A DNA stretch of 64,000 bases from an uncultured Gammaproteobacteria bacterium (GTDB lineage: Bacteria > Patescibacteriota > Microgenomatia > Daviesbacterales > UBA10151), in NCBI GenBank assembly GCA_964500725.1, contig CAZCNP010000001.1, forward strand, positions 766 through 64,765, given 5' to 3'. The translations under genes and the position numbers were made by a program. Below, piece by piece: positions 58,556 to 64,000 of this stretch. Every line of letters begins with the position of its first letter. Position 1 is the stretch's first letter. The notes beneath the pieces were generated by a model. The model was given only the letters and a program-made list of their open reading frames with translations. It did not search any database and was not told the DNA's origin.

Positions 58556-59010
58556 ATCTCTTGGTTACGAGATAAGAAAAACTTATGATCAGAATAACCA
58601 TCCCTCCTTAATTGTTCTCTGGTATAAGGCTGGTGACCTGATCTTTGCATCTCTTGTAAAATAGCTCCTCTCTGATCTGGGGTAGCTCCATCAAATCTAA
58701 TCTTTCTCCAAAATCTAACACTCCAATGCATAGCATCTACTGGAGTAACTAAACCTCTGGAGCGTGGAATGTTGACCATTGCATGGTTTATCAACAATTT
58801 GGCATCTACTTCGCTTCTTGCCAACGGATCAATTCCACCAATACGCACCCCCCAATCGCGACCCAAATACCTTTCAATATTTTCAATAGCACCAAAATAT
58901 CTCCGTCTCTCCCATACAGATTCTGCGTTAGGATCAAATCTACCTTCGCCCCTTCCGTCTTGAGGACATAAACCAAAATATAAATATAACTCAGCGTAAG
59001 CTTCTGGCAT
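58525..59010 (-). CDS. Hypothetical protein (161 aa), GC-richer
   Basis: ORF. I recognise no motif. Confidence 0.45.
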   Translation of the reverse strand: MPEAYAELYLYFGLCPQDGRGEGRFDPNAESVWERRRYFGAIENIERYLGRDWGVRIGGIDPLARSEVDAKLLINHAMVNIPRSRGLVTPVDAMHWSVRFWRKIRFDGATPDQRGAILQEMQRSGHQPYTREQLRRDGYSDHKFFLSRNQEIWEKALVSSS

Positions 59011-59045
59011 ATACTATAGGGAAGTATATCACAGTGGAACAATAG

Positions 59046-59120
59046 CTTACTTAGTCTAATTTTTCCCTTTGATTCCTTAGGAAAAGAAACCACTGTTCAA
59101 AGAAGGCAAATATGCCTTTT
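59046..59120. repeat. Direct repeat copy A (about 72 nt), a duplicate of the 3' end of gene 59745-61316
   Basis: 62 nt (59049-59110) are identical to 59744-59805, then one mismatch, then ATGCCTTT. Confidence 0.8.
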
Positions 59121-59131
59121 ATCTTGCTATA

Positions 59132-59476
59132 ATGAATCTTACTATGAAACTTCCCAATGGCAATAATGCTTTAGTTTCCAAAGAGAAGTTGACTGGTTAT
59201 CTTCTTTCAGAAACCCATGCAGTAGGTAAGGCGAAGGCTAAGTTCTTTCGTAAATTAGGGTTTAATGAATCCAATGTCAATAAGTTTGAGAAATCATTGC
59301 TAAATATTGCAAAGAGAAACGAAATAAAAAATGTTAAGGAATTCACATATGGTATTAATTATGTCTTAGAAGGGAAAATTAAAACTCCAAGTAGAAAAAT
59401 AATAACTCTAGTGACAGTCTGGTTTACTAAAACAAAAGGAGGAAGACCTAGTTTTGTAACAGCATATCCTGTATAA
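59132..59476 (+). CDS. DUF6883-like protein (predicted toxin-like partner of DUF4926)
   Basis: KLTGYLLSETHAVGKAKAKFFRKLGF resembles the DUF6883 signature. Family recalled from memory. Confidence 0.45.
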   Translation: MNLTMKLPNGNNALVSKEKLTGYLLSETHAVGKAKAKFFRKLGFNESNVNKFEKSLLNIAKRNEIKNVKEFTYGINYVLEGKIKTPSRKIITLVTVWFTKTKGGRPSFVTAYPV

Positions 59477-59494
59477 TACATAAGGGATAAATTT

Positions 59495-59731
59495 ATGCAC
59501 AAATTTAAGAATTTAGAAACAGTTATATTAACTCATGATATTAAAAAATACGGTCTCTGCAAAGGAGACATGGGAGCTGTTGTAAATGTGTACGAAGATG
59601 GCAAAGCAGCAGAAGTAGAATTTGTGACTGCTGCCGGTAAAACCGCAGCGCTAGTTACTCTAACTTCTGATGATGTTCGCGACATCAAACAAAACGATAT
59701 ACTTCATGTCAGAGGCTTTGCTGCAGTATAA
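59495..59731 (+). CDS. DUF4926 domain protein
   Basis: VILTHDIKKYGLCKGDMGAVVNVYEDGKAAEVEFVTAAGKTAALVTL matches the DUF4926 pattern. Confidence 0.55.
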   Translation: MHKFKNLETVILTHDIKKYGLCKGDMGAVVNVYEDGKAAEVEFVTAAGKTAALVTLTSDDVRDIKQNDILHVRGFAAV

Positions 59732-59740
59732 TTCTTATAT

Positions 59741-59817
59741 CTACTTAGTCTAATTTTTCCCTTTGATTCCTTAGGAAAAGAAACCACTGTTCAAAGAAGG
59801 CAAAGATGCCTTTAAAT
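59741..59817. repeat. Direct repeat copy B (native 3' end of gene 59745-61316)
   Basis: See copy A. It encodes ...FFEQWFLFLRNQREKLD and the stop. Confidence 0.8.
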
Positions 59818-61316
59818 GGAGTCTCAATAATAAAATCAAAGATAAATAGAAGAATATTTATCTGGGAAATTGCTAAGGTTAACCTGCTTCCTATTTGAAT
59901 AAAAGGCATAAAGAAAAAGTCCATTACTACTGAGCTTATTCTTTCCCTTTTTTCTTTCATCACATACATATTGGCTGTTCTATTAATCCTAAAACTGACA
60001 AAAGAAACTATTGCCAGGAAGAACAAAAATATCCCCTGGGATAGAGGATTAATCCCTACTTTAGTTAAAACAAAAACAATTGACCCAAGACTAATACCAA
60101 AAGCAGTTAGCCACATCAGTATAAACAAACTCCACATCAAGGGATCAGTTTTGCTTGGTTTTTTCTTTACTGTCAAAGGCTGGTCCAAAGCTGGAGGATC
60201 ATCATACAAAATAGTATTTATTTTCTTTAAAATCTTAAATGAATTTTCCCTTGTTGGAGTTTTAATTAAAAACCCTACTAAAATCATCAAGGCTGGAGGA
60301 GTTAAGGTATTTAAAACTATAGAAGGCCAAAGTATCCTGCCATACAAAATCCTTTCAAATGTTCCTTCCACAAAAAGGGCAAACACAGCCTTTGTACAAA
60401 ATATAAAAATAACACTTCTAACAATTGCTCTGTTAACTTTGCTTCTGATAGCTTTATAGCGCGCATTACAAGCTGCTAAAATTTCTGAATTTAGACGATC
60501 TTCGTCTAAAACTAAAGCTGCAGTTTTACCCCGATACTTTCTGAAAACATCATCCAAAATTAAAAAGGGGACTGACTGATTCTTAATATAAGTATATATT
60601 TTGTCTTTAGCTGGATATTTAAAATGATCCTCAAATTGCTTATAAGCATCCGCAAAACCTTCTGCCACTTTTTCTAAATTCTCACTATTTAAATGCCCAA
60701 AGTATTGTTTAAAAAGGTGATAGCGTAAAAATGCCAAATCATCGTTGGCATATGCCCGCCTCACAGCAATAAAAGTCTGGATATTCTTTACCTCATCAGT
60801 ATCATCAGCAATTGTTATTCTATCTTTGAAGATATTAAAGATAAAATTACTCATAACATCTTTGGGATCATTGGGTTTTAAAATATGCTCAATCTCAGAA
60901 GATACAAGGTGCATAATCCATTCATTTACTGCTCCTTTACCAATGCGGTGCTTCTGGTTAACTTTTCGTTCTAACTCCAAGTATAAATCTAGGGCATGTG
61001 AAACTTGAGCTACCTGAGATTCAGCTATAGTAAAATCAGGAAAATATCTTGCCCAAACAAGTTCGCGAATTAAAGGGGTAGCAACAGTTTTACCTTCTCC
61101 TCCTAGTATTAATCTTCTTTTTAATATTCGCTCAATGGCAGCCCGGAGAATTACCTCTTCAGCTCTATAATCCATTGCAGTTCTAAATTTTTCATACCAG
61201 GTAGCAAGCTCAGCCACCACAGGGTTAACAGAAATAGTCCTATCATGGTTTTGGGCAGAATTTTTATCATATGCTGCAGTTAATGCCTGAGAAAGCCTGT
61301 TTAAGTTTTTAGACAT
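59745..61316 (-). CDS. Hypothetical protein (523 aa) with a large cytoplasmic N-domain and a C-terminal multi-TM region
   Basis: ORF with C-terminal hydrophobic helices. Confidence 0.5.
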   Translation of the reverse strand: MSKNLNRLSQALTAAYDKNSAQNHDRTISVNPVVAELATWYEKFRTAMDYRAEEVILRAAIERILKRRLILGGEGKTVATPLIRELVWARYFPDFTIAESQVAQVSHALDLYLELERKVNQKHRIGKGAVNEWIMHLVSSEIEHILKPNDPKDVMSNFIFNIFKDRITIADDTDEVKNIQTFIAVRRAYANDDLAFLRYHLFKQYFGHLNSENLEKVAEGFADAYKQFEDHFKYPAKDKIYTYIKNQSVPFLILDDVFRKYRGKTAALVLDEDRLNSEILAACNARYKAIRSKVNRAIVRSVIFIFCTKAVFALFVEGTFERILYGRILWPSIVLNTLTPPALMILVGFLIKTPTRENSFKILKKINTILYDDPPALDQPLTVKKKPSKTDPLMWSLFILMWLTAFGISLGSIVFVLTKVGINPLSQGIFLFFLAIVSFVSFRINRTANMYVMKEKRERISSVVMDFFFMPFIQIGSRLTLAISQINILLFIFDFIIETPFKGIFAFFEQWFLFLRNQREKLD

Positions 61317-61322
61317 AAATTC

Positions 61323-61745
61323 TTAAAGAGCTTTTAAAAACCCTTTTGTCTCCTTAATAGTTTTATCAGGAATATTTTTAAAATATGCATATTTGCTTGC
61401 TTGTCTATCAAGCTTGATTTGGGTACTTTTAAGCTTAACTAAAAGTTCTACTGCAAGCGCATGTCCAAAAATAGTGGATTTGCCAAAATATTCCACAATA
61501 CCTAAATATTTTTCCACCTTTGCTTTTACCCCAAGCTCTACCTGAGATATCCTTTCTGCAGCTTCTTCCAAAGTTTCGCCATGAAGAACTGATCCTCCAG
61601 GAAGATGCCAAAAATCTTTAGAAGGAGGAATATTTCTTAAGGTAAGCAAAATACCATCATTGCTTTTCACTATTAGCTCTACACAAAGCCTGGGAGCTTT
61701 TTTATAAATATTTCTAAATTCTTCTGATGTCAGTTGTCTAGGCAT
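61323..61745 (-). CDS. NUDIX hydrolase
   Basis: Nudix box GGSVLHGETLEEAAERISQVELGV. Confidence 0.75.
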   Translation of the reverse strand: MPRQLTSEEFRNIYKKAPRLCVELIVKSNDGILLTLRNIPPSKDFWHLPGGSVLHGETLEEAAERISQVELGVKAKVEKYLGIVEYFGKSTIFGHALAVELLVKLKSTQIKLDRQASKYAYFKNIPDKTIKETKGFLKAL

Positions 61746-61777
61746 ATGGTAATATTAGCATATCGGACTGAAAAACT

Positions 61778-62899
61778 ATGACTCTAGATGAAAAATTTAA
61801 ATTAATAACCAGAAACTTAGAAGAAGTTTTAACTGAAGAAGAACTAAAGACTTTAATAAATTCTGGAACCCCTCTTAAACATTATATTGGCTTTGAAATT
61901 TCTGGAAAATTACATCTAGGATATCTATTTACATTATTAAAAGTTAAAGACTTGCAGGATGCAGGTGCTGAAACAATTATCTGGCTAGCAGATCTGCATT
62001 CAGCTATTAATGATAAATTAGATGGAAATTTAGAAACTATTAAAAGGGTAGCAAGAGGGTATTTTACAGATGCTTTTAAAGCCCTTTTTAAAAGTATCGG
62101 GGGAGATCCAAACAAACTACAGTTTAAGCTTTGTTCTGAAACTTATTCAGAAAACCCAGATTTTTGGCTGACTTTACTAGAGATTGGTAAAACTACCACA
62201 CTAGCCCGTACTAAAAGATCAATCACTATTATGGGTAGGGAACAGTCAGATGATAGCATGCCAACTGATAAACTCTTTTATCCTATTATGCAAGCAGCTG
62301 ATATTTTTCTTTTAGGTGCAAACATTGCCCATGCTGGAATTGACCAAAGGAAAGTACATGTAATTGCCAAAGATGCAGCCATGCAGGTTAAAACCTATCC
62401 TTTGAAAGATATAAGAGGCAATCAAATAAAACCAGTTGCTATTCATCATCCTATTTTACTTAGCCTCAGTGGGCCTACCAAAAGCGAAGGATCCGTAGAT
62501 GAAATGGCCATGAAAAATAAAATGAGCAAGTCTAAACCAGGCAGTGGGATAACTCTCCATGACAGCCCAGAACAAATCAATGCAGCTATAAACCAGGCAT
62601 ATGCCCCAGAAGGAATAGTGGAAGGAAATCCAGTTTTAAATTGGACAAAATACATTATTTTCTATAACCCTGGTTCCAATCTAGAAATTAAAAGACCAGA
62701 AAAGTTTGGAGGAAATATTACCTATACTTCTTATGAAGATCTGGAAAAAGACTATGCTGCAAAAAACTTACATCCACAAGATTTAAAAATGGCTGTAGCA
62801 GAGTGGTTAATTAATAAACTTGAACCAGTAAGAAAATATTTTGAAGATCCAAAAAGAAAAGCAGCTTTAGAAGAGATTGAAAGGTTAACAACAAAATGA
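61778..62899 (+). CDS. tyrS: Tyrosyl-tRNA synthetase, archaeal/eukaryal type
   Basis: HIGH-like GKLHLG and KMSKS motifs. It aligns along its length to M. jannaschii TyrRS (IKRPEKFGG..SYE.LE......LHP.DLK.AVAE.LI..LEP.RK). Confidence 0.85.
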   Translation: MTLDEKFKLITRNLEEVLTEEELKTLINSGTPLKHYIGFEISGKLHLGYLFTLLKVKDLQDAGAETIIWLADLHSAINDKLDGNLETIKRVARGYFTDAFKALFKSIGGDPNKLQFKLCSETYSENPDFWLTLLEIGKTTTLARTKRSITIMGREQSDDSMPTDKLFYPIMQAADIFLLGANIAHAGIDQRKVHVIAKDAAMQVKTYPLKDIRGNQIKPVAIHHPILLSLSGPTKSEGSVDEMAMKNKMSKSKPGSGITLHDSPEQINAAINQAYAPEGIVEGNPVLNWTKYIIFYNPGSNLEIKRPEKFGGNITYTSYEDLEKDYAAKNLHPQDLKMAVAEWLINKLEPVRKYFEDPKRKAALEEIERLTTK

Positions 62900-63000
62900 T
62901 GAACTCAAAAAAGATGAGAATTTTCTGGATAATTTTATCTGTAATTGCAGGTATTTCAATTATTCTGTTTTCTCTTTTCCCGCTCTTTTCTGCCTTTTAA
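62896..63000 (+). CDS. 34-aa hydrophobic small ORF overlapping the tyrS stop (ATGATGA)
   Basis: Hand translation: MMNSKKMRIFWIILSVIAGISIILFSLFPLFSAF. Confidence 0.2.
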   Translation: MMNSKKMRIFWIILSVIAGISIILFSLFPLFSAF

Positions 63001-63024
63001 AAGAAACCATAGTATAATTTCCTC

Positions 63025-64000
63025 ATGAAGCTTGGAACTCCACTTGACCAGCTAATAGGAATTGGGCCAGGATTATCTTATAAGCTTAAAAAGTTAAACC
63101 TAAATACCGTAGAAGATCTAATTTATCATTTTCCTTTCAGGTATGATGATTTTTCTGCTATCAAATCTAGTACTGAGGCTCAAATAGGGGAGATTGTAAC
63201 TTTACAAGGGGAAATCTGGTCTATTAAAAATATTTTTACAAGATATGGAAAAGTATTAACCCAGGCAATTTTTAATGATGGACAGTCTCCTGTAGCTTTA
63301 ACATGGTTTAACCAGTCTTGGCTGACAAAACAAATTAAAACAGGGGACAGGCTGCAAATTTCAGGCAAACTCAGTAAGTATAAAGGCAAACTTTCTATCA
63401 TGGCCCCCAAATGGGAAAAACAGCTTCCCACATCGAATGTGGGAATTCATACAGGCAGACTTGTCCCTATCTACCCTGAAACAGAAGGGTTAACTTCTAA
63501 ATGGGTTAGAACAAAAATTGATCAGCTCTTACCTCAAATTGAAAACCAAATCCAAGACCCTTTGCCAAATTTTATTCAAGATAAAATGCTGGATTTACCA
63601 GAAGCAGTTAAAAAGATCCACTTTCCTCAAAATTATGAAGATGTTCAAAAAGCCCAAGAAAGATTAGGTTTTGATGAGCTTTTCTATATTTCTTTAGCTA
63701 CTCAAAAAACCAGACTTGCTTGGAGAGAAAAACCTACTGTTCCTCCTTTGCAAATGTACCCTAATGCCTTAGAGGAATTTATCAAAAAACTGCCTTTTGA
63801 TTTAACTAATGCTCAAAAGAAAGTAATAGATGAAGTTTTGGAGGATTTAAAAAAAGACCAGCCTATGAATAGGATGATCCAAGGTGAAGTAGGCTCAGGA
63901 AAAACAGTAGTTGCTGCTGTAATTATTTACCTGCTACATCTTAATAATTTAAAAACTCTTTTTATGGCCCCCACAGAAATTTTAGCCTTTCAGCACTTTT
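63025..64000 (+). CDS. recG: ATP-dependent DNA helicase RecG (5' partial; runs off the window end)
   Basis: Wedge-domain YHFPFRYDD, LTNAQKKVIDEV and GEVGSGKT. Absent from the ORF track because no stop falls inside the window. Contains an in-frame REP-like insert. Confidence 0.85.
   Translation, partial: MKLGTPLDQLIGIGPGLSYKLKKLNLNTVEDLIYHFPFRYDDFSAIKSSTEAQIGEIVTLQGEIWSIKNIFTRYGKVLTQAIFNDGQSPVALTWFNQSWLTKQIKTGDRLQISGKLSKYKGKLSIMAPKWEKQLPTSNVGIHTGRLVPIYPETEGLTSKWVRTKIDQLLPQIENQIQDPLPNFIQDKMLDLPEAVKKIHFPQNYEDVQKAQERLGFDELFYISLATQKTRLAWREKPTVPPLQMYPNALEEFIKKLPFDLTNAQKKVIDEVLEDLKKDQPMNRMIQGEVGSGKTVVAAVIIYLLHLNNLKTLFMAPTEILAFQHF
63422..63448. repeat. REP-like variant (AGCTTCCCACAT cga ATGTGGGAATTC) in frame inside recG (encodes LPTSNVGIH)
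   Basis: 9-bp inverted repeat with a 3-nt loop and the same family arms. Confidence 0.75.

Noticed and set aside
58806-59093. 95-aa minus-strand ORF overlapping direct-repeat copy A.
   Set aside because: It is a frame artefact spanning the duplicated 3' gene end and the GC-richer gene. The duplicated segment belongs to gene 59745-61316.

Overview
This window is a low-GC (about 33-36%) genome stretch typical of a Candidate Phyla Radiation / Patescibacteria-like bacterium. The lineage cues are a short PheT, an archaeal-type TyrRS, a ThrRS without the N-terminal TGS domain, MurT/GatD, small genes, an F-type ATP synthase operon, and AAGGAGG Shine-Dalgarno sites. The left 15 kb is a higher-GC integrated mobile element. 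It carries a tyrosine integrase next to an intact tRNA-Val(TAC) plus a 5'-half pseudo-tRNA-Val, which together look like an att-site signature. It also carries a P4/D5-type primase-helicase, many small zinc-ribbon proteins, large virion-like ORFs, and a phage-borne ribosomal protein bS21 homolog. The rest is mostly core genome. It holds two glycosyltransferase loci that share an identical 34-nt palindromic upstream element, and the MurT/GatD, thrS-infC-rpmI-rplT, pheST and PBP1A genes. The atp operon is interrupted between atpD and atpC by an opposite-strand beta-carbonic-anhydrase-like gene plus a VOC-family gene. Archaeal-type tyrS and recG close the window. Six tRNAs are present: Val-TAC, Leu-GAG, Leu-CAG, Leu-TAG, Val-GAC and Tyr-GTA. 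The most striking finding is a family of about 27-nt REP-like palindromes (core TTCCCAC-N7-GTGGGAA). Variant copies bracket and overlap an IS200/RAYT-like Y1 HuH transposase gene. At least three further copies sit in frame inside housekeeping genes (pheT, a tandem GT2 glycosyltransferase and recG), where each adds a short peptide. Other notable points are a zeta-toxin-like kinase with a coupled downstream small ORF, and a DUF6883/DUF4926 pair carried on a cassette flanked by about 70-bp direct repeats that duplicate the 3' end of the neighbouring gene. An EamA transporter is broken by a frameshift in an A8 homopolymer, and infC appears to use a CUG start. All coordinates are hand-derived and may be off by 1-2 nt.
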